Made by a program: the position numbers and the translations under genes. From an uncultured archaeon (GTDB lineage: Archaea > Nanohalarchaeota > Nanosalinia > Nanosalinales > Nanosalinaceae): 64,000 nucleotides of DNA. A model generated the notes under the pieces. The model was not told the origin of the DNA and ran no database searches. It worked only from the letters and a program-made list of their open reading frames with translations. Positions 1 to 9,526 of this stretch are shown here, in pieces (positions within the stretch are counted from its first letter, which is position 1; each line of letters begins with the position of its first letter). Where the stretch lies: contig CAYQYU010000001.1 in the NCBI GenBank assembly GCA_964421955.1, positions 94,210 through 158,209 on the forward strand, read 5' to 3'.

Positions 1-87
1 AGCCTTCTTTCCACAGGGCTCGTCGCCGTGTACCGAGCCCACAACACAGTACTCGGCTTCTCCATCTCCAAGTTTCTCTACCTTCAT
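1..87 (-). CDS. 5' part of a succinylglutamate desuccinylase/aspartoacylase-family protein (runs off the window)
   Basis: ATG at 87-85 reads MKVEKLGDGEAEYCVVGSVHGDEPCGKKA, containing the HGDE zinc-binding motif. Confidence 0.7.
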   Translation of the reverse strand, partial: MKVEKLGDGEAEYCVVGSVHGDEPCGKKA

Positions 88-123
88 AAAGTCTCACTTT
101 GAGCGCAGGCGGGATTTAAATTT

Positions 124-1296
124 TTACGAGTATTTCTCCAGGGCTTCCAGAACGGGCAGTGGCTCCCCCGACATGTATCTGACGAATGCTCCTCCTGCTA
201 TCGAGACATGAGAGAAGTCGTCAAGACTGTGGTCGAAACGCTGTACCAGTGACGATGTATGGCCTCCACCCAGTACCGTGAAACTGTCGCTTGAGGCTAT
301 AGCATCTACTATTGCCCTAGTGCCCTCCGGGTAATCCTCGAAGGCTCCCATGGGGCCCTTCATAACTATTGAATCGGCTTCTCTCATCTCCTCCACAAAT
401 CTTTCCTGCGTCTTCTTCCCAATATCCCAGGTCATCTCGTCTTCCGGGACCTCTTCTACACTGTAGTTTCCAGAGTCGGTCCTGACGTCTTCCGGGAGGA
501 CAATCTTGTCACCGTGCTGCTCTATCAGCTCCATCAACTCTTTTTCGTTGCCGTCGAAGCCCTGTTCCTCTATCCACTCTGCCTTTTTCCCCAGATCATT
601 CCCCTCAAGCTTCAGGGCCAGTTCTCCCGGTATTCCCCCGAGAAGCACTTTTTCCGCTCTATCAATCATCTGCTCCATCATGCCGATCAGATCCGAAGGT
701 TTCTCTCCGCCGAGGACAAGCAGCGGTGATTCCAGCTCGTCTCTTATCTTCCTGCAGCTCTCGGTCTCCCTTCGCAGAACAGGACCTGCATAAGAGTCCA
801 GCAGAGGGATAAAACCAACGAGAGAGCCATGTGACCGATGTGCTGCGGAGAAGGCATCGTTAACATAGATATCGAAGTAGGAGGACATGTTCTCGACAAA
901 GTAGTCGTGGGAGTGCCTCTTTGCGCTCAGGGTCTGGAGCTCCTCCGAAAGAAAGCGGACGTTTTCGAGAAGCACCACCTCACCGTCTTCCATCGACGCG
1001 ACCGCTTCTCCCAGTTCCTGTCCAAAAAAGCACCTGACAAAGCCGATCGGTTGATCGAGTTCTTCCGACATCAGTTCGGCATGTCCCTCAAGCGACATGA
1101 AGTCCTTTCTCGCCGGCCTTCCCTGATGCGCAACCACTAGCGTCCGGGCGCCGCGGTCGCTCAGTTCCTCAATAGTTTCGAGGTAGCGCCTGAATCTCAC
1201 TGTCTTCAGGGGAGCTCCGTTCTCAATCGGGAGATTCAGATCAGTCCGGAGCACCACTTTTTTTCCTGCTAGTTCTGTTCCGTTGAGCTTCTGCAT
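124..1296 (-). CDS. pgk: phosphoglycerate kinase
   Basis: RTDLNLP, AHQGRP, LLENVRF, NDAFSAAHR, GGGHT, HVSIAGGA motifs. Confidence 0.96.
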   Translation of the reverse strand: MQKLNGTELAGKKVVLRTDLNLPIENGAPLKTVRFRRYLETIEELSDRGARTLVVAHQGRPARKDFMSLEGHAELMSEELDQPIGFVRCFFGQELGEAVASMEDGEVVLLENVRFLSEELQTLSAKRHSHDYFVENMSSYFDIYVNDAFSAAHRSHGSLVGFIPLLDSYAGPVLRRETESCRKIRDELESPLLVLGGEKPSDLIGMMEQMIDRAEKVLLGGIPGELALKLEGNDLGKKAEWIEEQGFDGNEKELMELIEQHGDKIVLPEDVRTDSGNYSVEEVPEDEMTWDIGKKTQERFVEEMREADSIVMKGPMGAFEDYPEGTRAIVDAIASSDSFTVLGGGHTSSLVQRFDHSLDDFSHVSIAGGAFVRYMSGEPLPVLEALEKYS

Positions 1297-1503
1297 CAGA
1301 TCACCAAAAATTCTATATTACGAAGTAATACTTGCTCATTTTTAAGCTTTCCATAGAGACCGGGAAGCTATAAAAGAATGGTAAACTCGACCTTATACTA
1401 CGTGATTGACATGCCAACTAAGGGTGGACGTTTTGGATGTGCCTCGATCAACTGAAGTTCTAAACCCTCACTCTAGACCTACTTCTCCAGGGATGCACCA
1501 GAG

Positions 1504-3237
1504 ATGAGCGATAATACTGTAGGGAAACTGAAGGAGCTGGCGAAGCGGCGCGGGTTCTTCCTTCCCTCAAACGAAGTCTACGGGGGAACCGCAGGATTCT
1601 ACACCTTTGGACCTAACGGTGCCGCTCTGAAGAGAAATATAGAGGACGCCTGGCGCGAGAGGTTCACCTATGGCGAGGGTCACCGCGAAATCGAATCCCC
1701 CACCGTAATGCCCGAGGCAGTTTTCGAGGCCTCCGGACACCTTGAAGGCTTCGACGATATGATAATAGATTGCGAGGAGTGCCAGACCTCGCACCGGGCC
1801 GATCATCTAATAGAGGACAATACCGATATTGAGGAGGCTGAGTCGCTTCCTGTTGAAAAAGTCGCGGAACTCATTTCGGAAAACAACATCCAATGTCCGA
1901 ACTGTGGTTCAGAACTCGCTGGAGCAGAGGTAGAGGACTTCAACCTGATGTTTGAGACCAACATAGGTCCCGGATCATCGAGCCCGGGCTACCTGAGACC
2001 GGAGACCGCGCAGGGAATATTCGTTGAATTCCCGCAGCTGAAAGAATATGCGCGCAACCAGCTGCCGTTCGGAATAACACAGATCGGGAAGGCCTACAGG
2101 AACGAGATTTCGCCGAGAAAATCCATCATCCGCGTAAGAGAGTTCACACAGGCAGAGCTCGAGCACTTCATCGACCCTGAAGAGGACGAGCCAGAACTTG
2201 GGCACGTAGAGGAGGTGGAAGTAGAACTCTACCCGATCTCCGAGCAGGAGAAAGAAGACGGCGAAATCATAACTACAACTATTGGAGATGCTGTGGAGGA
2301 CGGTATTATCGAGAGTGATTGGATCGGCTACTATCTCGGCATCACGAAGAAATGGTACGAATCGCTTGGCGTCAACATGGAAAAGTTCCGGTTCCGGCAG
2401 CACCTTGAAGGTGAGCGGGCGCATTACTCAGAGGACTGCTGGGATGCTGAAGCCTTCGTCGCGAACGACTGGGTGGAGCTTGCAGGCTTCTCTTACAGGG
2501 GATGCTATGATGTCAGCAAGCACCAGGAACACTCCTGCGAAGATTTCACTGTCTTCAAACCCTACGACGAGCCGAAAACCGTCGAGAAGGTAACTGTAAG
2601 TCCGGACATGGGCTTCCTGGGCCCGGAGTTTGGCGACCAGGCTGGAGAGATTGCGGAAGAGCTTGAAAGACTCGCAGAAGAGGAACCCAAGAGGTTTGAA
2701 GAAAACGACGAGATAGAGATGGAGATCGACGGCGATAATGTGGAAGTTCCGGTTGAGAAGATCGGATTCGCGAGGGAAGACGTTGAAGAAGCAGGCGAAC
2801 ACGTACTGCCCCACGTCGTCGAACCCTCCTTCGGTGTTGACAGGCTTCTCTACACGGTCTTGGAACACAGCTACGACGAGGATGAGGTCGACGACGAGGC
2901 AAGGAAAGTTCTCAGGATCAAGCCGGATATCGCGCCTCTAGATGTCGCGGTGTTCCCGTTAATGGACAGGGAGGGCATGGGAGAGAAAGCCAGAGAACTC
3001 GCCGGAGAACTCAGGAACCGGGGTTTCTCGGTGAAGTACGACGACTCCGGTGCGATCGGCCGGAGGTACAGGCGGCAGGACGAGATCGGGACTCCAGTAT
3101 GTGTCACGGTTGACCACCAGAGCCTGGAAGACGGTACAGTTACCCTGAGAGACAGGGACTCAACCCACCAGGTCCGGGTAGATATCGAGAATCTCGAGAG
3201 CAGACTTCGAGAGTTCCTGGAGACCGGAGAATTCTAG
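1504..3237 (+). CDS. glyS: glycine--tRNA ligase (alpha2 type)
   Basis: LAKRRGF, YLRPETAQGIF, RNEISPR, EPSFGVDR, anticodon-binding domain IGRRYRRQDEIGTP. Confidence 0.97.
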   Translation: MSDNTVGKLKELAKRRGFFLPSNEVYGGTAGFYTFGPNGAALKRNIEDAWRERFTYGEGHREIESPTVMPEAVFEASGHLEGFDDMIIDCEECQTSHRADHLIEDNTDIEEAESLPVEKVAELISENNIQCPNCGSELAGAEVEDFNLMFETNIGPGSSSPGYLRPETAQGIFVEFPQLKEYARNQLPFGITQIGKAYRNEISPRKSIIRVREFTQAELEHFIDPEEDEPELGHVEEVEVELYPISEQEKEDGEIITTTIGDAVEDGIIESDWIGYYLGITKKWYESLGVNMEKFRFRQHLEGERAHYSEDCWDAEAFVANDWVELAGFSYRGCYDVSKHQEHSCEDFTVFKPYDEPKTVEKVTVSPDMGFLGPEFGDQAGEIAEELERLAEEEPKRFEENDEIEMEIDGDNVEVPVEKIGFAREDVEEAGEHVLPHVVEPSFGVDRLLYTVLEHSYDEDEVDDEARKVLRIKPDIAPLDVAVFPLMDREGMGEKARELAGELRNRGFSVKYDDSGAIGRRYRRQDEIGTPVCVTVDHQSLEDGTVTLRDRDSTHQVRVDIENLESRLREFLETGEF

Positions 3238-3302
3238 GCTGGTAAAAGCCTCTGTACTCTAACGAAACTAGTTTGATAAAACCTCTCTCCGCAACATTTT
3301 CC

Positions 3303-4199
3303 ATGGCCGAATGTTCAAAGTGCGGGAAGGAGTCTATGTCTTTCACCTGCCGCTACTGCGGCAAGAAGTTCTGTTCCTCGCACCGATTACCTGAAAACCA
3401 CGATTGCGAGAAGATGGAGGAAGAGGTTGAGAGACAGCGCGAGGAGACGGATAGATGGTTCCAAGAAAAAGATGTGCGCGACGATTTAAAGCCCAATGAG
3501 CCCAGAAAGCCATCAGCGCTTGAAGACATGGCAAAAACTCTAACCGGTAGCGCCACACTCGGCATAATAACCATTACTGTGCTGGCCTTCCTGGTCCAGG
3601 GCTACTCTTCCGGCTTCACAGATCTTATGCTCTTGAACCCTTCACTTGACGCAATCCTTTCCCGACCATGGACCCTAGTAACAGTAATGATTGTTCACGC
3701 AGGCTTCTTCCATATCTTCGCGAACATGGTGACTTTCTACTTCTTTGGAACACCGCTTGAGCGTATAGTAGGGCGCCGCGACCTCCTCGTGTTCTACATC
3801 GGTTCCGGAGTACTGGCCTCGATAGGCTACGTTGTCTTCAGGAATATTCTTCTCCAGTTCTACGGCTCGACTCTCGGAGGAGTACCAACACTCGGAGTTG
3901 CCGTGGGAGCATCCGGTGCAGTAGTCGCCGTCTTTGCCGCCATCGCGGTGCTTTATCCCGAGGCGGAGGTGCTGCTCTACTTCTTCATCCCGATGAAGAT
4001 CAGGACCGCGCTCTACCTTTTCGCAGGAGTTGAAGGCATCAACCTCCTTACAAAGACGGTCGGGATCACGCTGCCCCTGATAGGGAACTTCGCCTCCTCC
4101 GCACACCTCACAGGTCTCTTAGTAGGAGTCTGGTACGGCCGGAGGCTCAGGCAGAAGTACAACACGAAGACAGGAGTGCTGGATCTTCTGGGTTACTGA
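3303..4199 (+). CDS. rhomboid intramembrane protease with N-terminal AN1-type zinc finger
   Basis: CxxC..CRYCGKKFCSSHRLPENHDC; HIFANM, GASG and AHLTG rhomboid motifs; ATG 3303 preferred. Confidence 0.92.
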   Translation: MAECSKCGKESMSFTCRYCGKKFCSSHRLPENHDCEKMEEEVERQREETDRWFQEKDVRDDLKPNEPRKPSALEDMAKTLTGSATLGIITITVLAFLVQGYSSGFTDLMLLNPSLDAILSRPWTLVTVMIVHAGFFHIFANMVTFYFFGTPLERIVGRRDLLVFYIGSGVLASIGYVVFRNILLQFYGSTLGGVPTLGVAVGASGAVVAVFAAIAVLYPEAEVLLYFFIPMKIRTALYLFAGVEGINLLTKTVGITLPLIGNFASSAHLTGLLVGVWYGRRLRQKYNTKTGVLDLLGY

Positions 4200-5144
4200 C
4201 TACTCAAGCTCTATGTTGTAGATACCGTTTCTCACTTCTTCATCCGCTATCAAACTTACCGTTTCATCAAGGTCATCAAGTGAGTCCTCGTATACAGGCT
4301 CTCCGTTCTCGTATACTACCAGCTTTCCATCGCTATATTCGGCGTCGAGAGAATCCAGTTCCAGGAAAGTAGTGTCCAGAAGTACGGTGCAGCCTTCTCT
4401 AGTTTCTGTCACGTCCGCAAAAATCGGGCTGAACTCTCCAGCCTCCTCTAGCTCGTTTTCGTCTCGTACGTATTCGTTCATATCCATCTCTGGGTTAGCA
4501 ACTATCTCATCTGAGGGAGTTCTAAGACTTGCTGCAGGAATTTTCCTAGGTATCTCTCTGTTGGCGTAAACCGGGACCAGGAAGTTGTTTAGGATTGCCT
4601 GATCCTCAACAGCGTCCAAGTAGTCCTGCCTCGCCTCTTCTATTTCCTCCTCCAACTGCTCTTCATCTATCGAATCCTCCTGGATAAATCTTTGTGAGAC
4701 CACCTGCATATTCTCAAGACGATCCAGCAGTTCAGTGTGCGTTTTCAGAGTTACAGGATACATATGAGGGTCCTCTGTGAACCGCATAAACGCCGCAACT
4801 CTATCATCGCCTCCAAGAAGCTCAAGAAGTTCCTCGTTCACAAAGACAGGATTCTCCTCATCCTTCTCGGCCAGCTCCTCCTTGAAACGAAGAGCAGCCT
4901 CCCAAGCTTTTCTTTCAGCATCTTCGATAGTGTCGCTGAGAATTATTGAAGTAGTGATATCTTTTGCCAGCACATAGGCTCCGGTCGTAACTGCGTCAAG
5001 CGGAGGATCATCATAACGTCGGAATTCAGCATTAACAGCTGTCTCGCCGCTCAAAGGCTCATCAAGAAAGTCCGGCTCTCCAAGAGGTTCAAGCTCATCC
5101 TCTCCAACTATATTGTCCAAAGTAGCACGGTCCCGTGCACTCAT
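4200..5144 (-). CDS. acidic hypothetical protein, possible Hsp20-like C-terminal domain
   Basis: 314-aa ORF; C-terminus (ADVTET..CTVLLD ... VRNGIYNIELE) loosely resembles an alpha-crystallin domain. Confidence 0.55.
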   Translation of the reverse strand: MSARDRATLDNIVGEDELEPLGEPDFLDEPLSGETAVNAEFRRYDDPPLDAVTTGAYVLAKDITTSIILSDTIEDAERKAWEAALRFKEELAEKDEENPVFVNEELLELLGGDDRVAAFMRFTEDPHMYPVTLKTHTELLDRLENMQVVSQRFIQEDSIDEEQLEEEIEEARQDYLDAVEDQAILNNFLVPVYANREIPRKIPAASLRTPSDEIVANPEMDMNEYVRDENELEEAGEFSPIFADVTETREGCTVLLDTTFLELDSLDAEYSDGKLVVYENGEPVYEDSLDDLDETVSLIADEEVRNGIYNIELE

Positions 5145-5179
5145 CTACACATGTTATTGCCGAAGAGAAGTTAAAAATT

Positions 5180-5719
5180 CTACGGAGTAACCCGTTCGAC
5201 TTCATAGTAGGTGACGCCTCCTTCTGAATCCACGACACCCCATAGCATCTTTGCGCGGATGTTGTGCGCGAGTCTTACAGCGCGGGACATTTCCTGGAAG
5301 CTGAGTGTGTGGTTCTCGGGAACAGCGTGGACCACCCACTTTGTGTGCTCCTTCTGCTTCTTGGGCCCCTCCTTGTACGGGTTGACGCCTCTCGGGTAAA
5401 CGCGAAAGTGGGTGCCGAACTTGAAGCCGCTCTTCACTATGTAGCCCCTGTCTCTTAGATCGTCGTAGACCTTGTACGTGTGGTCGAACTCGTCGTCGAT
5501 CAACGAGAAACGGGAGTAAAGCTCGTCCCGGGAAAGTTCCTCCCCGTTCTCCTTGACCTCGAGTTCTTCACGGTCGACAAGGTGCATCGCCTCCACGGGC
5601 GAAAGTTCGAGGACATCGTCGTTCTGGTATTTGCCGTAGTAGAACTCCTCATATACTTCCTCCGCATCTTTTTCATCCTCTACGCGGACGCGGGATTCCA
5701 CAAGTTTTCCGGCTGTCAT
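5180..5719 (-). CDS. endA: tRNA-splicing endonuclease, single-unit (alpha4-size) type
   Basis: LSPVEAMHL, YDDLRDRGYIVKSGFKFGTHFRVY, catalytic His in EHTKW; ATG 5719 gives 179 aa. Confidence 0.93.
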   Translation of the reverse strand: MTAGKLVESRVRVEDEKDAEEVYEEFYYGKYQNDDVLELSPVEAMHLVDREELEVKENGEELSRDELYSRFSLIDDEFDHTYKVYDDLRDRGYIVKSGFKFGTHFRVYPRGVNPYKEGPKKQKEHTKWVVHAVPENHTLSFQEMSRAVRLAHNIRAKMLWGVVDSEGGVTYYEVERVTP

Positions 5720-5754
5720 ACTACTAGCGGAGCATATGAAACTTTTAAAGCTGG

Positions 5755-6336
5755 CTAGAACCAACTAGAGCCTTCTCTTTGAAGTTCAAAATTATCATCC
5801 TTGGTCTCTTCAAAGTAGTCTGACACCGTGTCGCCTCTAAGCACAGCCGCGGCCATCTCATCGAAGGCAGTTGAATAGACTAGTACATTGTCTTCCGACC
5901 CTGCAAAGCCAAAGGTGTAGGTATTAATCCCCTCCTTGTTGCCCGATACCTCTGCTAGATGCTCCGCCATCGATCCCAGAAAGTCTTCTCCAGCCTCTGA
6001 AACATATCCTCTAGTATCAAGTACGGCCTCAACATCTTCTCCAGAGAAATCATCTCGCACAGGTACTCTATAATCTATCTCAGTGACCTCATAAGAGCCC
6101 CCTAAATTACTACCGCTAACGTTAACGGACCAAGTCAACTCTTCAGCCACTAGTTCTTCAAATTCAAGATCTTCAATATCTCTTCTTACTCTCTCAGCTG
6201 GCTCAGCAATATCTTTTTCCAACTGATTCTCGTTCTTTTCCCTGCCTAGATGTGACGGGACTAGAACAATACCTCCAATACCCAGACCCAAGCCTCCAGC
6301 CACTCCCAAAGTACCAATAAGCTTTCTGCGCCTCAT
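5755..6336 (-). CDS. hypothetical exported/membrane-anchored protein with Tat-like signal
   Basis: MRRRKLIG followed by a hydrophobic Gly-rich stretch; acidic body. Confidence 0.6.
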   Translation of the reverse strand: MRRRKLIGTLGVAGGLGLGIGGIVLVPSHLGREKNENQLEKDIAEPAERVRRDIEDLEFEELVAEELTWSVNVSGSNLGGSYEVTEIDYRVPVRDDFSGEDVEAVLDTRGYVSEAGEDFLGSMAEHLAEVSGNKEGINTYTFGFAGSEDNVLVYSTAFDEMAAAVLRGDTVSDYFEETKDDNFELQREGSSWF

Positions 6337-6360
6337 GTGATCTTTTACTACCGTAAGATA

Positions 6361-7023
6361 TTAAAAACTATCAAGATCGCTCTGCTCAGATTCCTCTATT
6401 ATGCGCTGGCAGGTCTTCCACGACCTTCTGGCCTCTTCAGGAAGATCGCCGAACTCTTCCAGGTACTGCTTCAGGAACTCTGTAACCTCTTCATCGTGCG
6501 CGTAACCCGACTTGAAGTCGAAGCCGTACTTTTGCTTCAGCTCCTCAACGTGCTTCTCGCGGGCGCTCTTCGCCACGATTGACGCCGCGGACACGACAGG
6601 ATACTCGTCGTCCGCACCGTGCTCCGCGATGAAATCCGCCTCTTCAAACCGGGGTGGAAGCTCTTTTTTCAGCTTCTTGATAAAACGGTCGCCGTCCGGC
6701 TCGGGGAGATCCACGATGACACGATCAGCGCCGGATTCCTCGATTACATTTGCAAAGGCCTGTACTTCTATCTCGTTGAGATTCATGACCTGCCTGAGTT
6801 CATCGATCTCGGAGGCGGTGATCTCCTTCAGGAAGAAGTCGTCGATCTCATCCAGTTCTTCACGTATAGATTCTCTTTTCTTATCGGACAGCTTCTTCGA
6901 ATCCTTGACCCCTAACTCTCTCAACTTCTCTACCCGGGATTCGTCGACCAGAAACCCCGCGACGAACATGGAGCCTATTGCGGGGCCTCTTCCTGCCTCG
7001 TCAACTCCGAGAATTTTAGCCAT
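6361..7023 (-). CDS. rnhB: ribonuclease HII
   Basis: GVDEAGRGP, GVKDSKKL, VSAASIVAK, SGY. Confidence 0.96.
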   Translation of the reverse strand: MAKILGVDEAGRGPAIGSMFVAGFLVDESRVEKLRELGVKDSKKLSDKKRESIREELDEIDDFFLKEITASEIDELRQVMNLNEIEVQAFANVIEESGADRVIVDLPEPDGDRFIKKLKKELPPRFEEADFIAEHGADDEYPVVSAASIVAKSAREKHVEELKQKYGFDFKSGYAHDEEVTEFLKQYLEEFGDLPEEARRSWKTCQRIIEESEQSDLDSF

Positions 7024-7047
7024 AAATCTTCTTTGTCCACTAGATTA

Positions 7048-7953
7048 TTATTCCTGATCTTCAACCACCAGGTAGAAATTCCGGGGGTTCTCCTTCACAC
7101 CATAAGTTCCTTTACTGCTCTTCAGGCTGCCCTCATACGTCCTTATGTTCTCACCGTTCTCGTCGATAAAGTTTACAGAACCTTCTTCCTCTTCAATTCT
7201 AACTATGTCGTAATCCGACCAAGGATAGACCTCTACCATCATTATCCCCTCGTCCTCGGCCGCCTCTACGACTGCACCATCTACCAATATCCTGTCTTTC
7301 TCAAGCATGGTCTCCCGGATGCCCTCATATTCCATCCCAGTCTCCATCCCCTCTCTTACTTCAGAACCCATGCCGCTGTGGATCTCTCCCTGTTTCCGGG
7401 GAGTCATTATGGCCTGGTCGCTGCCGACTAGAATTGTCCTTCTTGAAGACCAATTCCTGTCATCGTATTCGCGTGAAGGCACCGCCAGCATCCTGCCGTC
7501 GTCAAAGATCCGATCATCTATGTGTTCGTAAAGCTCGTCGAACCGTTTGGATTCCAGGACCATTTTCAGGCCCTCTGGTCTCCATGCCTTGGCCAGGTAT
7601 CTTCCTGGCTCGCCCTCAATACAGAGCTTCGCCGGCCAGTAACCCTCATCGATTTCAGCAAACTCCTCGAGAACATCCTCGGGAGGGAAAATACCGAAGT
7701 CGGCTCCGTTCGTAAAATCCCGGAGATCATAGAGAAGCTTTTCCTCCTCCATCTCTTTCCCAAAACTGCCAACAGCACTCCAGTAATGAACGGATTCTCC
7801 TCCAACTCCTTTGATAGCGTCACCTTCTTCCAAGGACTCGAATACCTGGATATCCTCGTCTCCCCATGTACGCTTCAGTTCAAACTCGTTGAGTTCTTTA
7901 ATCAGTTCATCTATTTCTTCAGATTCAGTTTCAGAGCTTGTGTCAGTGTCCAT
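7048..7953 (-). CDS. acidic hypothetical protein
   Basis: 301-aa ORF with halophile-type composition; no motif recognised. Confidence 0.6.
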   Translation of the reverse strand: MDTDTSSETESEEIDELIKELNEFELKRTWGDEDIQVFESLEEGDAIKGVGGESVHYWSAVGSFGKEMEEEKLLYDLRDFTNGADFGIFPPEDVLEEFAEIDEGYWPAKLCIEGEPGRYLAKAWRPEGLKMVLESKRFDELYEHIDDRIFDDGRMLAVPSREYDDRNWSSRRTILVGSDQAIMTPRKQGEIHSGMGSEVREGMETGMEYEGIRETMLEKDRILVDGAVVEAAEDEGIMMVEVYPWSDYDIVRIEEEEGSVNFIDENGENIRTYEGSLKSSKGTYGVKENPRNFYLVVEDQE

Positions 7954-8058
7954 CCGTCTATATCAGTATCTTTTAATCGATATAAATCTGCTGACCCGGA
8001 GGATTAATGGTTTAAAAGAGTGCACTCCGGTTTCGTTTTATACAACCAGCGTTTCTAT

Positions 8059-8133
8059 AGCGGGGTAGAGCAGCCAGGAGTGCTCGTCGGGCTCATAACC
8101 CGGAGGTCCGTGGTTCAAATCCACGCCCCGCTA
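8059..8133 (+). tRNA. initiator tRNA-Met (CAT)
   Basis: Cloverleaf; A1-U72; GGG/CCC anticodon stem around CTCATAA; TTCAAAT T-loop. Confidence 0.95.
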
Positions 8134-8237
8134 AAACTTCTGAAAGTTTTATCATCATAAACCATTCAATGACTGGCTTTCAGCGCTTGATCGAACTTAG
8201 CGCCTGAAGTTCGGTTCACTAATCCACGCCCCGCTAA
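8118..8237 (+). repeat. 17-bp direct repeat of the tRNA-iMet 3' end with a hairpin-rich spacer
   Basis: AATCCACGCCCCGCTAA at 8118-8134 and 8221-8237. Confidence 0.9.
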
Positions 8238-8362
8238 CGAACTTCTAGATTCGAAGACAGCGAGGTTTTCTGTAACCAGCAACCATTAGTTGCGGAAGTT
8301 TCGATCACTTTCAAATCATAGACCGGCGCCGTTTTAAATTCGAGTTTTTAGAATTTCTGGAC

Positions 8363-8794
8363 ATGATATCAGTATCTCATTTAATTTTTGGGCTTGCTCT
8401 GGCATATATTTTCGATAGGAGGCTTGTTACAGCGTCTATTTTCTCTATCGTGCCTGATTTCGATGTCACTTTTGACTTCCTTTATCCTTTTGTCCACCGA
8501 GGAATCATGCATTCGATGCTCGCCGCCGGTTTTTTCAGCCTCCTGACCTATATAGGGACTGAGGACCAGTTCTCGGCAGAAAGCTGCGCTATAGGCTACA
8601 TATCCCATCTTGCGCTCGACACTCTTACTCCTTCAGGCGTCCCGCTTCTCTTCCCTCTATCAAACAGTTTCTCGCTCTCCTTAACCTATGCAAACAGCCT
8701 AAAGTTTAATTCAGCGATAATAGCCCTTTCAGTAGGACTTATGCTTGTAAAGAAGAATACTGAGGTCTTCAGACCGTTTTTAAAAATTCTATGA
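8363..8794 (+). CDS. membrane-bound metal-dependent hydrolase (YdjM-like)
   Basis: SH, PDFD, HRGIMHS, SHLALD..TPSGVPLLFP motifs. Confidence 0.85.
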   Translation: MISVSHLIFGLALAYIFDRRLVTASIFSIVPDFDVTFDFLYPFVHRGIMHSMLAAGFFSLLTYIGTEDQFSAESCAIGYISHLALDTLTPSGVPLLFPLSNSFSLSLTYANSLKFNSAIIALSVGLMLVKKNTEVFRPFLKIL

Positions 8795-8954
8795 GCTTTT
8801 CGAGGTTGTCTGGAACCCGATCCGTTAACTTAAATAAAGGTTGTGAAGAAGGAAATTGGTAAGGCGCAGCATCGAGACACTCGATGTTGCTAAAAGCAAT
8901 ATTTCTCGAGAGAGAAATTTGCGGGGGAAGGGACCAGATAGAGGGTCTCAATTA

Positions 8955-9308
8955 ATGGAGAAAATAGGAAACGTCATAATTCGGACGATGGAAGATCTGT
9001 CAGGCATAGCAACGAATGGCTCAGCCCATATAAGGATCAACAAGGATATATGCGAACCCGAGAAGTTCCGGCACCTCTTCAACCATTTCTCCCGCGGAAC
9101 AATTCTTGAACGCCTGGACCTCAATGTCGAGCCTCTTGAAACACGGCTTAAATGCGGCTGCGGTCATGAAGAAGCAGTCAACGATGACCATTCCGGATAC
9201 AAGAAATGCCCTTCATGCGGCCGCTTCGCGGAAGTCCAGGACAACACCTACGAACTCGTGAGGCCGGATCCCTCCAAAGTAGGGAAGAGAAGAAGCATCC
9301 GGTTCTAG
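8955..9308 (+). CDS. HypA-like zinc-binding protein (lacks the N-terminal MHE)
   Basis: GTILERLDLNVEP..LKCGCG...CPSCG arrangement typical of HypA/HybF; ATG 8955. Confidence 0.6.
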   Translation: MEKIGNVIIRTMEDLSGIATNGSAHIRINKDICEPEKFRHLFNHFSRGTILERLDLNVEPLETRLKCGCGHEEAVNDDHSGYKKCPSCGRFAEVQDNTYELVRPDPSKVGKRRSIRF

Positions 9309-9392
9309 AGCACACTTAAAAAATTCTCGCATCCTCCTCACTATATCCCATGTCGGTTAGCTCTGCTAACCGTCTCTTTGCTCAAAGTTTGT

Positions 9393-9526
9393 GGGCCGGT
9401 AGCTCAGTCTGGCAGAGCGCGAGGCTCTTAAACACCTCAAGTCTCCGCAGGAGACGAGGACCCAGAAAATCTCCGATTTTCGATAGAGATACCTCGTCGT
9501 CGTGGGTTCAAATCCCATCCGGCCCG
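9393..9526 (+). tRNA. tRNA-Lys (CTT) with a 60-nt intron at 37/38 (9431-9490)
   Basis: GGGCCGG/CCGGCCC acceptor; CGAGG-CT-CTT-A|intron|A-CCTCG; CTCT/AGAG central helix with 3-nt bulges. Confidence 0.93.

Noticed and set aside
8309-8330. Additional tRNA fragment TTCAAATCATAGACCGGCGCC
   Set aside because: No T-stem or acceptor partner, and it matches no tRNA in the window beyond the T-loop.
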